Program-made: the position numbers and the translations under genes
Part shown: piece by piece, positions 1-10,300 of the stretch
Numbering within the stretch: position 1 is the first letter of the stretch
Layout of the letters: each line of letters opens with the position of its first letter
The notes under the pieces: model-generated
Told to the model about the DNA's origin: nothing
The model's input: the letters and a program-made list of their open reading frames with translations, nothing else
The model's database searches: none
From: Armatimonadota bacterium
GTDB lineage: Bacteria > Armatimonadota > Zipacnadia > Zipacnadales > UBA5352
Length of the DNA stretch: 27,528 nucleotides
Assembly: GCA_034722055.1 (NCBI GenBank)
Contig: JAYENL010000220.1
Coordinates: 1 to 27,528, forward strand
Direction: 5' to 3'

Positions 1-1
1 G

Positions 2-652
2 TCGGTGGCCGGCGGCGGTCGGCCGCACGTCAACGTCGGGCCGCAGGTCTCGGCGGGCGGGCTCGGGCGGTCGCGGCGAGTCCAGGGGACCTACCTCTTC
101 GTGCTCACCGGTGGCCCCGACCACGAGGATATCGTGGGTCAGATGCGCGACCGCTTCGGGTTCGATGGCAACCCGGCGTGCAGGGCGGAGATCAGCGGCG
201 GCGTGGTCGAGGAGGGCGCGCTGCCGGTGCCTCTGACCGCGCGGGCGGAGGACTGCGGCGTCGTTGCGCGCCTGTCAGCCGCCGAGCTGCCGAATCCGCT
301 GCCGGTGCAGGTGCGGGGCATGCGGGAGCGATGGGACGCCGCCATCGTGGACCTCCACGAGGGGCGCATGATCCGGCACTGCGGCATCTGGGAGGGCGCG
401 GCCTGGCTGGTGCTCGACGTGGGCCGGGAGCGGCGCGTGTTCATCGGCCACCCCATCGCGGCCTCGGACGCCGACGCGATCGTGACGGTCGCCTCGCTCG
501 ACGACACCGGCGCCGAGGTCATCGTCCACAACCCCATGCCGGAGCCGCGGTCCGTGACGCTGCGCACTGCCCCGGAGATAGCCGAGGTGCTGCAGTGGCA
601 GGGCGACGTGGACCTGGCGGCCGGCGAGACACGCACGCTGCATGTGCAGTGA
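2..652 (+). CDS. Partial (5'-truncated) hypothetical protein; beta-rich C-terminal region of a larger protein
   Basis: The frame is open from the window edge to TGA at 650-652, with GC3-rich codons and a protein-like composition. It ends in an Ig-like segment (VFIGHP...EVIVHNPMPEPRSVTLR). No function recognised. Confidence 0.75.
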   Translation, partial: SVAGGGRPHVNVGPQVSAGGLGRSRRVQGTYLFVLTGGPDHEDIVGQMRDRFGFDGNPACRAEISGGVVEEGALPVPLTARAEDCGVVARLSAAELPNPLPVQVRGMRERWDAAIVDLHEGRMIRHCGIWEGAAWLVLDVGRERRVFIGHPIAASDADAIVTVASLDDTGAEVIVHNPMPEPRSVTLRTAPEIAEVLQWQGDVDLAAGETRTLHVQ

Positions 653-690
653 GTGTGCGCTCGGCGCAAGCGCGGATCGGGGCTGAGCCG

Positions 691-3600
691 TCACTCCGCG
701 AAGAGCAGGCCGCCGAAGCGCTCGGGGTTGGCGTAGGGCCCCTGCACGAAGGACCAGGCGGTCGCCTCGCCCGAGCCCTGGTCGTTCCGGCAGGCGTTGA
801 AGCCCCAGACGTCGCCCGGCCGTGGCGCGGCCCCGATGACGTCGAACGGGATGCAGACCTCCACGATCCAGCGGTCATCCTCAACCGCGGTGCCCACCTC
901 CCAGCCGCCCGAGGCCGACGACTTGGCGACCCCCGCGCTGTTGAGGGCCAGGCGGAAGTAGCCGGTGCCGGCCATGCGGGGATCGACGTAGATCTCCACG
1001 CTGTCGTCGCGAGGCACGTCGGGGCTGAGGCCGCTCGCATCGGCCTCGGCCTCGGCACGCAGGTGCGCGGCATCCTCCTCGGCGCAGTCGAAGGCCACGT
1101 AGAGGTTGGCGTCATCGTAGGCCACCAGGCACGTGGTGGGCTCGCTGGCCGGCTCGCCGGTCTGATGGTGCACGAAGTCCGTCAGCGAAGTGGCGAACTG
1201 CCAGCAACTGTCGTCGAGCCCGCCGTCGAGCTCGGGCGGGCTGGAGGCCGGCTGGCAGACGGCCTGGGGGAGCATGGCCAGCGTCCGCGTATCGGTGACC
1301 GAGGCCGGCTCGCCGCCGGGAAGTGTGAGAGTGATGGTGGTGTCCACCTCCACGCGCTGAGCGCTGGCGGGAACGTCGGCCTCCGGGGCTGACAGGTCGA
1401 TGGTCCCTTCGCCGTCGCCCGGCAGGCGGGCCTCAGCGGTGAGCTGAGGCAGGCCCTCGGCCGACACCTCCAGCAGCACCGGCACGGGCTGCGCCAGGTT
1501 GTTGCGGAGCGTGCACTGCAGTCCAAGGCCTCCTTGCGCGACGGGCATCTGTCGCAGCGCGGACACCTCCACCGGCGGCCGCGTCCGCAGCCTGGCTGAG
1601 CGCTGCAGATGCACCGGCCCCAACTCGGCTCGCATGGTGGCCTTCCCTACCACCTCGACCCGCTGTCCGGGCGCGACATCCTGAGGCAGGCGAAGGACGT
1701 ACTCGGCTGCTTTTGCCCGCGGTGAGCCGGTCCGCTCATCCGCCGCCAGCGGCAGCTTTTCGCCCCCGATGGAGGCAAGGACCTCGAAGTACACGTCTGC
1801 TGTTCGGCGAGCCCCTGGTCCCGACAGCCTGACGCGTATGGGGGTCGCCGCCCCGGCGACCACCTGCCGCGGCGTCTCCAGCAGCAGCCGAACGTCGCTG
1901 ACCACCTCCGCGGCCAGCGAGGCATACTGGTCGTACCAGTGCATGCGACGCGCGAGGAAGGCGTCCCGGTGCCAGGGACTGCGCACGGCCCAGGCGGTCC
2001 AGCGGATGGGCATGGCGCCGCCCGCCTCGATGTCCTGGTTGCGCGGGTCGGCAAACATGTCAGCCTGCCCGGCGCCGTATCCCATCCCGGTGAAGTCGGC
2101 CACCACCAGCCCGCCCCCGCCGGTCTCCTCGGCATGGAGGTAGTCCCACTCCACCTCGCCCGGCGCGCCCCAGTCGGCGGGTTGGATGGTGGTGCCGTCC
2201 GGGAGGGTGTGCCAGTGGGCGCCGATGTTCCAGAACCAGTAGTGCTTCGGCAGCAGCGTGCCGGTGTGATTGCGCAGCGCGGAGTCAATCTCCACGGCCG
2301 GCAGGCCGCGGCGGATGGTGCCCTCCACCAGGACATCGAGCCCCTCGATGGCCTGACCGGCCTCGTCCTGAAGCGTGACCACGAACTGCACGGTCCGCAG
2401 GTCGGGCTCCTCAGCGACCATGGTCACGTCCTCCAGGCGCTGCGCGTGCAGCCAGCCGTGGTCGCCCTCCAGGCCGCTGGAGCTGACCCACAGCGTCATG
2501 GAGCTTCCCGCGAGGCGCAGCTCCGCCCCGCCCTCGCCACCGAACGAGAACGTGGCGCCTCCGGCCCGGAGGATCGCGCTGCGGTCGGTCACCTCCGCGC
2601 CGAATGACCGGTCGGGTTCGGTGCGCATCAGCTCCGGCAGCTCGGCAGCGGTCAGCCCGCCCTGCATGAGCCGCGTCTCGATCTGGCTCTCGGCCTTCAG
2701 CTCCTCCAGGGGCGCGAGGACACGCGACAGGGCGGCAACGCGCCGGCGCCTCTCGGCCTCCGACGGAGCGCCGTGCGCGCGGGCCGAGCTCAGGCAGGCT
2801 TGCGCCCTGCGCAGTGCTCCGGCGAAGACCTCGCGGACGGCTCGCAGCTCGCCGCCGGCGCCGCGCTCGTGCTGCAGCTCCTCGACCCGCAACTCGCAGC
2901 TCTGCGCCATCCCGGCCGCCTCGGCCAGGCAGTTGGTGAGGTAGGCGTCGCGGGTGACGAAGACCCGCCCGGAGTCCGCCGGCAGCGTCACTCGCAGGCG
3001 GCCGTCGCGGGCCATGAGCTGCTCCCCGGAGTAGAGGTCGGTGGCGTGCGGATCATCGATCGGCCAGGGGAGCTCGATGCGCACCTCCTCCGGGGCGGAG
3101 TTGCCGGCCACCAGAGCGCGCTGGTAGCGGCGGTAGAGCACCGGGCCGTGCTCTCGAAGCGGCTCCAGAGGCCGGCCCGTGTCGGTGCGGTAGAGCTGGC
3201 GGAGGATGTCCTGGCGCTCGCCGGCCGTTCCCGTCCACTGCTGGAAGCCGCACAGCTTGGCGCAGGCGTAGGCCAGGAAGGCGTGGGGCTTCTCGAGGTC
3301 GCGGGTGGGGAGGTAGGTCAGGGGGGCGATGGAGCCGCCGGCCTCGGTGAACTCCCGCCAGTCCTCATACGCCCGCCGGACCTCAGCCCAGTCATCGACC
3401 CTGCGGAGCTGTGACAGATCGCCCTCGTCGCCCGTGAAGCCGTGGCGGAAGATGAAGCTCTCCCACATCAGCGAGTCGCCGAAGCCGATGTAGTCGTGGG
3501 AGGGATGGCCGGAGTTGAGCATGACGGCGAACTGCGCGCCGTGGGCCTTCACGGCGCGGTACACGCGCATCAGCGCCCGGCGGTACATCTCCGTGTTGCT

Positions 3601-4143
3601 CGCGTCCGGGTCGAGGTGCTCGTGGATGCCAAGCTCCGGGCCGAAGCACTTGGGGTAGGGGTGCACGTTATCGACGAAGACGCCGTCGGCGCCGAGGGCG
3701 AGGACGTTCTCGACCCCCCGGACGTAGGCTTCAGCGATGCCCGGCTGATTGCAGCAGGACTGGTGAAAGCCCGCCGGGTAGTCGGGCCGGTTGAAGGGTC
3801 GGCGGCGCTCCCCGTCCTCCCGGATGAGCACCCAGTCGGGATGATCGACCAGGTCGATCTCGCCCCAGAAGGGCGCGTCGGCCAGCGATGGATTCTCGCT
3901 GCTGTCCACGACCTTGTACAGCGACACGTAGGGCATGATGCGCACGCCCCAGCGATGAGCCTCGCGCGCCGTCTCCTCAGTCGCCGGCACGTGGCTGACG
4001 TAGGTCACGCCGGCGGAGGCAAGCTCCTGAAAGGTCATCCCGGAGGTCTTGCAGCTATAGGCCTGGTCGGTGAACGACCACTCCGCGCAGGCCAGCGCGG
4101 GAGCGAGCAGCCACACGATGACGAGCGTCTGACGGAAGCTCAT
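691..4143 (-). CDS. Secreted multidomain putative glycoside hydrolase (~1150 aa): N-terminal GH114/GHL15-like TIM barrel, helical linker, beta-sandwich domains, C-terminal CBM9-like (DOMON-like) domain
   Basis: Start moved to ATG 4143, which follows a GGGGAGGGG RBS and begins a signal peptide (MSFRQTLVIVWLLAPALACA). Barrel motifs: RIMPYVS, HPDW, GADGVFVDN, VMLNSG, LMWESF, YRRYQRALVAGN. CBM9-like motifs: PPELDGGLDDSCW, YDDANLYVAFDC, DDSVEIYVDP, WGFNACR, PERFGGLLF. Confidence 0.85.
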   Translation of the reverse strand: MSFRQTLVIVWLLAPALACAEWSFTDQAYSCKTSGMTFQELASAGVTYVSHVPATEETAREAHRWGVRIMPYVSLYKVVDSSENPSLADAPFWGEIDLVDHPDWVLIREDGERRRPFNRPDYPAGFHQSCCNQPGIAEAYVRGVENVLALGADGVFVDNVHPYPKCFGPELGIHEHLDPDASNTEMYRRALMRVYRAVKAHGAQFAVMLNSGHPSHDYIGFGDSLMWESFIFRHGFTGDEGDLSQLRRVDDWAEVRRAYEDWREFTEAGGSIAPLTYLPTRDLEKPHAFLAYACAKLCGFQQWTGTAGERQDILRQLYRTDTGRPLEPLREHGPVLYRRYQRALVAGNSAPEEVRIELPWPIDDPHATDLYSGEQLMARDGRLRVTLPADSGRVFVTRDAYLTNCLAEAAGMAQSCELRVEELQHERGAGGELRAVREVFAGALRRAQACLSSARAHGAPSEAERRRRVAALSRVLAPLEELKAESQIETRLMQGGLTAAELPELMRTEPDRSFGAEVTDRSAILRAGGATFSFGGEGGAELRLAGSSMTLWVSSSGLEGDHGWLHAQRLEDVTMVAEEPDLRTVQFVVTLQDEAGQAIEGLDVLVEGTIRRGLPAVEIDSALRNHTGTLLPKHYWFWNIGAHWHTLPDGTTIQPADWGAPGEVEWDYLHAEETGGGGLVVADFTGMGYGAGQADMFADPRNQDIEAGGAMPIRWTAWAVRSPWHRDAFLARRMHWYDQYASLAAEVVSDVRLLLETPRQVVAGAATPIRVRLSGPGARRTADVYFEVLASIGGEKLPLAADERTGSPRAKAAEYVLRLPQDVAPGQRVEVVGKATMRAELGPVHLQRSARLRTRPPVEVSALRQMPVAQGGLGLQCTLRNNLAQPVPVLLEVSAEGLPQLTAEARLPGDGEGTIDLSAPEADVPASAQRVEVDTTITLTLPGGEPASVTDTRTLAMLPQAVCQPASSPPELDGGLDDSCWQFATSLTDFVHHQTGEPASEPTTCLVAYDDANLYVAFDCAEEDAAHLRAEAEADASGLSPDVPRDDSVEIYVDPRMAGTGYFRLALNSAGVAKSSASGGWEVGTAVEDDRWIVEVCIPFDVIGAAPRPGDVWGFNACRNDQGSGEATAWSFVQGPYANPERFGGLLFAE

Positions 4144-4340
4144 GACATCCCCTCCCCGACGCGGATCGCACATCGCGCTCCCCTTCGCCGAGCAGTGGTC
4201 GCTCTCCTCGGGGCAAGGCCCCGAGAGCCGGTGTCAGCACATCGCAGCGGGACCCGAAAGGTGGCGTGGCGAGCTTCCGGGAAAGGAAGCGGCGGACAAC
4301 AGGCGCATAAGCCTCGTGCGACGGAGCGGGAGGGATACAC

Positions 4341-7253
4341 GTGCGGTGCAGTTGGGCGCTGCTGGTCGCGGTGGTGCTGATGCTCCCCGCGCCCGCGTGG
4401 TCCCAGGCCGGCCACCACCTCATCGACATCGGCGGCGGCCTGGATCAGGAGATCATCGGCCGCGGCGTGCACCAGGCCGAGGAGCACGGCCCCGACGCGC
4501 CCTACGAGGAGTTCTTCCGCACCTGCAGCTTCCGCTGGTTCGCAAACGAGTGGACGCTGACACTGCCGGTCTTCGCCGGCAGCGACAACCTGGTGACCTT
4601 CCGGGCCCGGCTGCACCGGGACATCACGCTCAGCGTCGGTCCGGGCTTCGAGGCGACGCTTGAGGGTGCGGGCGGCGAGGGCCGCGAGTACCCGGTAGTG
4701 GTGCCCGCCGAGGCCATCGGTGCCTACGAGCACCTCCAGGTCCGCGGTCAGGCGAGGCCGCCGCATGTGCCCGATGACGGCGACCCGCGGCAGCGGGCCT
4801 GGGCGGTGGACTGGATCCGCGTCGAGCCCATCGAGCAGCGCCCGGAGGGCGTTCCCATCGCGCAGGCGAGCGGTCCAGTGGAGCGCCCGGAGGAGCACTT
4901 CATCAACATCGGCGTTGAGGGCGACGAGGCCGCCATCATCTCCGGCGCCTACGGCCGCGAGGGCTACAATGAGCGGTCGCGGAGCCCCTTCTACCGCTGG
5001 TGCAGCTTCAGATGGTTTGCCAACGAGTGGGCGGTCACGCTTCCCGTCTTCCCCGGCCGCCACAACGAGATCACCATGCGGGCGCTGCCGGGCCGCATGA
5101 TGCAGATCTCCTCGCCCGGTGTGCTGGAGCCGGTGTATCTGATCCGGGGCGCGCCGGAGCACGAGCATCACATCATCATCTCCGCGGATGACGTTGGCGA
5201 CCGCGAGGAGATCGAGCTTCGGGGCGAGGCCGTGACCCCGGTGCAGCCCGGACCGGAGGCCCGCGACCAGCGGGAGCTGGTGGTCACGATCGACTGGTTC
5301 AGAACCCGGCCCATCGATGAGGTGTATGAGCCCATGACCCTGTTGCCTCCGCCGCCCGAGGAGCCGGAGCCCGATCTGCCGCTGCCCCATCGTCTGCGAG
5401 GCACCGAGTCCCGGCCGCTGTTCACCGACATCGAGGCCTATGTGCGCCAGGCTCGCAGCATGCGCTGCAACGTCATGACCATCGGGCCCATGAACGGGCG
5501 GCACTACACGGCCTTCGAGACCGAGGACGGGGTCCCGCACCCGAACATGCGCCCTGACTTCATCCCGGAGCAGATCGAGGCGCTGCATGAGTGGGGCATC
5601 GCGGCCATCGGGTGGCTGCCCTTCAACGTGCAGGACCTGCGGGAGCCCGAGCAGTGCATGGCGGCGCAGAAGTATCCGCAGTGGACGATGCAGTTCCTCC
5701 CCTGGGAGGAACGCAGCGGCGAGGGGAGGGTCGGCATGTGCGTGGTCTCCTCGCCGTGGCGCGAGGTCCATGCCGGGATCCTCCAGGAGGCCGCCGCCCT
5801 GGGGCTCGACGGGGTGTTCTTCGACGGCTTCTACCTGGGCGGGATCCCGCATCCCATCGCCCCCGGCTGCGTCTGCCGCTGGTGCCGCGAGCGCTTCGAG
5901 GAGGAGACCGGCCTGCAGACCCCGGGGGGCGTGGACTGGACCGACCCGGCCTTCAAGCGCTGGGTGCGGTGGCGCAACGAGAAGCTGATCGAGACCGCGA
6001 TCTACTTTCGCGACCGCATGCGCGAGGTCAACCCCGACCTGCACGTGACCTGCAACTACAACATCTGGCCCTTCGGCACCAAGGACTGGGACACCGCCAT
6101 CCCGCTGTGGTCCACGGACCAGTTCGGCGTCTCGCAGCACGCCTACACCGGGCGGCTGGACCTGGAGTGGATCATGGTCGGGTTCAAGGCCCGGCTCAGC
6201 CACGACATCAACCCCGCGCACTCGGACATCTGGCGGAGCTCGCGCTACACCTGGGACAGCGAGAACACGCCCGAGGACCACGCCCGCCAGGAGCTGAACA
6301 TGCGCACCTTCATGCTCGGCGCGCTGACCTACGGCACGACGCCGTGGCACGGCGGGCACATCAAGCCGCCGGCTGCGGGCGTGCGCGTCCACGAGGTCGT
6401 CCGGGAGCGCGAGCGGTTCTTCAGCCAGGACGAGATGCAGCACATCGGGGTGCTGCTGTCGCAGAACACGCACGACTTCTGGGGGCACATCCCCGACACC
6501 ACGAACCTGGAGGACTACCGGGACACCATCCTCGGCACGTGGCTGCTGCTCACCGAGAGCCACCTGCCCTTCCGCTTCATCTTCGACAACGACCTGGAGG
6601 ACGGCGACCTGTCAGAGTACGCGGCGCTGCTGCTGGCCAACGCTGCCTGTCTCTCCGATGAGGCCGCGCGGCGCCTCGCGGAGTACGCGGACGGTGGCGG
6701 CCTGGTGGTGGCGACCGGCGCGACCGGCGACTTCGACGAGTGGGGCGAGGCCAGGGAGCGGAACGCGCTGGCGGGGGTCGAGGGCCTGGTGAGGCTGAAG
6801 GGGGTCCCGGCGCTCAGGTGGCTGCGGGAGCGCGATGCGGAGGCCGAACGGACCCTGCGCGAGGCGCTGGCCGCCCGACCGGCCCCGGTGCAGGTGCAGG
6901 CCCCGCGGTCGCTGTGCGTCAATGCCACCTGGAGCCCGGACCGCGACGAGCTGTGGCTGCACTTGCTCAACGTCTCCGCGTTCTACCCCGGCGGAGACAC
7001 GGGCTTCCGCGGCATGGGTCAGGAGCCGGTATACGCGGGCGAGGTCGCCGGCGACGCGGAGATCGTGGCGGGCGGCCGCATCAGCCGGGACCTGCGCCCG
7101 CTGCGGGAGGTCGTCGTGGCGACCCCGGGTCTCGAGGTCTCAGGTGCGCGGCTGGGGGTGGCGGGGATGCCCATCGAGCCGGACGCGGACGGCAGACTCC
7201 TGGTCCCGGAGATCGACGTGCATGACGTGCTGGTGCTGGAGCTGGCCGAGTAG
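4341..7253 (+). CDS. Secreted GHL6-like (hypothetical glycosyl hydrolase 6) protein with a duplicated N-terminal beta-domain and a GH42-type trimerisation (class I GATase-like) domain, 970 aa
   Basis: GTG start after a GGAGGG RBS, followed by a signal peptide (..PAPAWS). Barrel motifs: PHPNMRPDF..LHEWGIAAIGW, LDGVFFDG, CVCRWC. The motif LSEYAALLLANAACLSDEAARRLAEYADGGGLVVATG is typical of the trimerisation domain. Confidence 0.85.
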   Translation: MRCSWALLVAVVLMLPAPAWSQAGHHLIDIGGGLDQEIIGRGVHQAEEHGPDAPYEEFFRTCSFRWFANEWTLTLPVFAGSDNLVTFRARLHRDITLSVGPGFEATLEGAGGEGREYPVVVPAEAIGAYEHLQVRGQARPPHVPDDGDPRQRAWAVDWIRVEPIEQRPEGVPIAQASGPVERPEEHFINIGVEGDEAAIISGAYGREGYNERSRSPFYRWCSFRWFANEWAVTLPVFPGRHNEITMRALPGRMMQISSPGVLEPVYLIRGAPEHEHHIIISADDVGDREEIELRGEAVTPVQPGPEARDQRELVVTIDWFRTRPIDEVYEPMTLLPPPPEEPEPDLPLPHRLRGTESRPLFTDIEAYVRQARSMRCNVMTIGPMNGRHYTAFETEDGVPHPNMRPDFIPEQIEALHEWGIAAIGWLPFNVQDLREPEQCMAAQKYPQWTMQFLPWEERSGEGRVGMCVVSSPWREVHAGILQEAAALGLDGVFFDGFYLGGIPHPIAPGCVCRWCRERFEEETGLQTPGGVDWTDPAFKRWVRWRNEKLIETAIYFRDRMREVNPDLHVTCNYNIWPFGTKDWDTAIPLWSTDQFGVSQHAYTGRLDLEWIMVGFKARLSHDINPAHSDIWRSSRYTWDSENTPEDHARQELNMRTFMLGALTYGTTPWHGGHIKPPAAGVRVHEVVRERERFFSQDEMQHIGVLLSQNTHDFWGHIPDTTNLEDYRDTILGTWLLLTESHLPFRFIFDNDLEDGDLSEYAALLLANAACLSDEAARRLAEYADGGGLVVATGATGDFDEWGEARERNALAGVEGLVRLKGVPALRWLRERDAEAERTLREALAARPAPVQVQAPRSLCVNATWSPDRDELWLHLLNVSAFYPGGDTGFRGMGQEPVYAGEVAGDAEIVAGGRISRDLRPLREVVVATPGLEVSGARLGVAGMPIEPDADGRLLVPEIDVHDVLVLELAE
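4413..5321 (+). repeat. Internal tandem duplication of a ~140-aa domain within CDS 4341-7253
   Basis: Copy 1 (~4413-4838): HLIDIG..CSFRWFANEWTLTLPVF..VDWIRVEPIE. Copy 2 (~4896-5321): HFINIG..CSFRWFANEWAVTLPVF..IDWFRTRPID. The core is also similar at DNA level (4524-4553 vs 5001-5030). Confidence 0.9.
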
Positions 7254-7313
7254 GTGTCGGACCCCCGGAGGCCTGCCGGTGGAGCTTTTCGTCGCGCATC
7301 AGAGGTGATCGTG

Positions 7314-10300
7314 ATGCGAGCCGCTGCCTGCAGTCTTGCGCTGACCCTCGCGCTCCTGCCCTGCCTGGCCGCCGACAATCCCATCACGAACGGGGGCTTC
7401 GAGACGCTTGACGAGGAGGGCCGGCCCGTTGACTGGCAGCTCCTCGGCGACGTGTCGGTCACTGATGAGGCGCACTCGGGCGACCATGCAGCGCTGCTGC
7501 AGCGAGACAGCGCGGAGGGGCTCTGCGGGCTGAACCGCGTCTGGGAGCCGGGCAGCGGGGAGCAGGGGACGATGCTCTCCGAGCTGACGGGGGGTGTGCG
7601 CTTCTGGTACAAGGCCGAGGCAGCGTCCGACCCCGATGGCCTCGTATTCTACGTCATTCCCATGAGCGATGAGCCGCTGGAGATGGGCGGCATGCGCGCG
7701 GGGTTCACGATACCGCCGCAGCACGTGGGCGACGGGCAGTGGCACGAGGGCGCGCTGGCCTACGACTACAGCGACGATGAGGGCGTGCGATGGGTGCATA
7801 TCTCGCCACGGCTGCGCGGCGAGCACGCGCGCCTGCTGCTGGACGACATCCGCTGGGTGGAGCACGTGGGGCCGGTGCCGGCGATTGAGGCGCTTGAGAT
7901 CCGGGAGGTCGAGGGCCGGGAGGGCGACCGGTGCACCGTGGAGGCCAGGCTGAAGAACGCCGGCGACCGACCTGTGGAGGCGGGCACGGCGGTTATCGAG
8001 CTTCCGGCCGGGCTCTCCGTGGCAGGTGAGGTTCGCCGCGCCGTGGAGTCACTCGCGCCGGAGGAGACCGCGAGCCTGGAGTGGACCGTGGCGGGGCGGC
8101 GGGACGAGCAGGGCCGGATACTCGTCAGCTTCGCCGCCGGCGATCACACGGCCACCAGAGCGCTGGACTACTCGCCAGGAGTCGAGATCCTGGGCCTCAT
8201 GGTCCGGCGGTCGGTGCTTTACGTCGGGCAGGCGACCAACGTTACGCTCACGGTCCGCAATGACGGCCACGCGGTGGTGCGAAACCTGGCCGCCGATCTG
8301 CAGTCCGGGGCCGCGCTGGCCATGGGAGAGGGCGCCCGGCGGCAGACCCTTGCGCTGCTGCGCCCCCAGGCCGAGGCGATGATGACGTGGCGAGTGCGCG
8401 CGGAGGCCCAGACGCCGCAGGCCCGGCTGCAGGCGGCGGTGCGAGCGGAGAACGCCGAGGGCGGCCGGGCGGCGAGTGCGCTGGTGGTGGGGCCGCAGAT
8501 GCCGGCTGTTGCCACGGTGCCCGATGGCCCGACGGTGACCGTTGGCGCAGATCTCGCCGTCATCGGGAATGACAGGCTGCGCGCGGTCTTCCCGCGTGCG
8601 GAGTTCGGCCTCGGGATCGGCGCCATCCAGCGGAGCGCGCCCGACGGCTGGCAGACGGTGACCATGCTGCCTCGCGTGACACGCCTGGTGGTGGACGGCG
8701 CGGAGGATGCGCCCATCCTGGTCTACGCAGACGATGCCCGCGAGCTGCCGGACGATGAGCTTCCCGAGGGCGCCAGATGCGGGCTGGAGCTCTCCGCGCA
8801 GGTGGCCGACGCCAGGGGCGCTAACTGGCGCGTGGCCGAGACCGTTGCCCTGCGGGAGGGCCCGGACTGCTTCTGGCTGCAGGTCACAGCCTCGCCCGAT
8901 CGCTCGGCGGAGGTGCTGGCGCTGGACGGGCCCATCCTGCTGGTCGGTGAGGGCGCGCCGGAGGGCACCAGGCGCCTGGACGCCATCTTCCCCGGACTCG
9001 AGTGGCTGGTGGCGGGCGAGCGCTCCTCCAGCAGCCTGGACATCGCGCCCGAGCACCCGCATCGCATTCGCTACGTCCCGCACCCGCACATGGTCACCAT
9101 TCCAATGATGTGCGCCCGGCTTGACGTGCCGAACGGGCGCGACGCGACGGTGTCGTACTCCTGGGACCACCTCAGACCCTACGCGGGAGAGATGAACCGG
9201 CCGAGCGCCATGTTCGCGTCTCCGGATCGCTTCGCGGGACGCCAGTGCACCACCATGGGTATCTTCGCGCCCTCCATGCCGGAGCACATCGACATGAACC
9301 AGCGCGTGGCGCACACGCCGCTGGCGCTGGAGGCCGGAGACGAGATCGAGCTGGCCGCGGAGGTGACGGTGCTGGACTCGGAGGAGGGCGAGACCGCGCT
9401 GGAGGCGGTCCGGGACTGGTTCGGGCGCCACGGCGCCGCCGAGCCCAATCCGCTGCCGCATGGCGAGGACCTGGTGGACGAGGTCGAGTTCAACATGGCC
9501 GCCTACCTGCGGTCGCTGTGGAATGAGGAGCAGCAGAAGTGGCACCCCAGCTTCTTCGGGCCGGCGAGCTGGCGTGAGCCGCGCTGGATGCCCACGTTCC
9601 TCTACGATATGCGCATGGGGATGGCGCTGGCGCAGGACTCGGCAACCGTGGAGCGAGTCCGGCGGCGATACGAGCGCGTGGTCGAGCTCAGCGGGCTGAG
9701 GCCGGTGGCGGAGGACATGGGCTTTCACTTTGCCGGCCCCGCCTCGCGGGTGCTGGGCGAGAGCGACGCCGTGGCGGGGCTGATCCAGCGCCAGGGCGAT
9801 GACGGATCGTGGCGCTTCCACGCCTACGTCGCCACCTCGGGGGTCTTCAAGGGCCGCGACTACGGCGAGCTGGGCCCGGACAATGCCGCGGAGGTGGGCA
9901 CCTGCGCGCGGAAGGCCTGGCAGGTGCTGCGCTTCGCGCGCATGACCGGCGACCCGCGCGCCCGCGAGGCGGGCCTGAGGGCGCTGGCGTTCATGGAGCG
10001 CTTCCAGGTGCCGCGGGCGGCGCAGGTGTGGGAGGTCCCGGTGCACACGCCTGACATCCTGGCCTCGGCGGACGCCTGCGAGGCCTACCTGGAGGGCTAC
10101 CTGGTCACCGGCGACGAGCACTACCTCGACCGGGCGGTCTACTGGGCGTGGACGGGCCTGCCCTTCCTGTACGTCTGGGATGTGGAGGGCTTCGAGTTCC
10201 TGAAGTATGCCTCCATCCCCGTCTTCGGGGCCACGTGGTTCCAGGGAAGCTGGTTCGGGCGCCCGGTGCAGTGGAACGGGCTCCGCTATGCCTACGCCGT

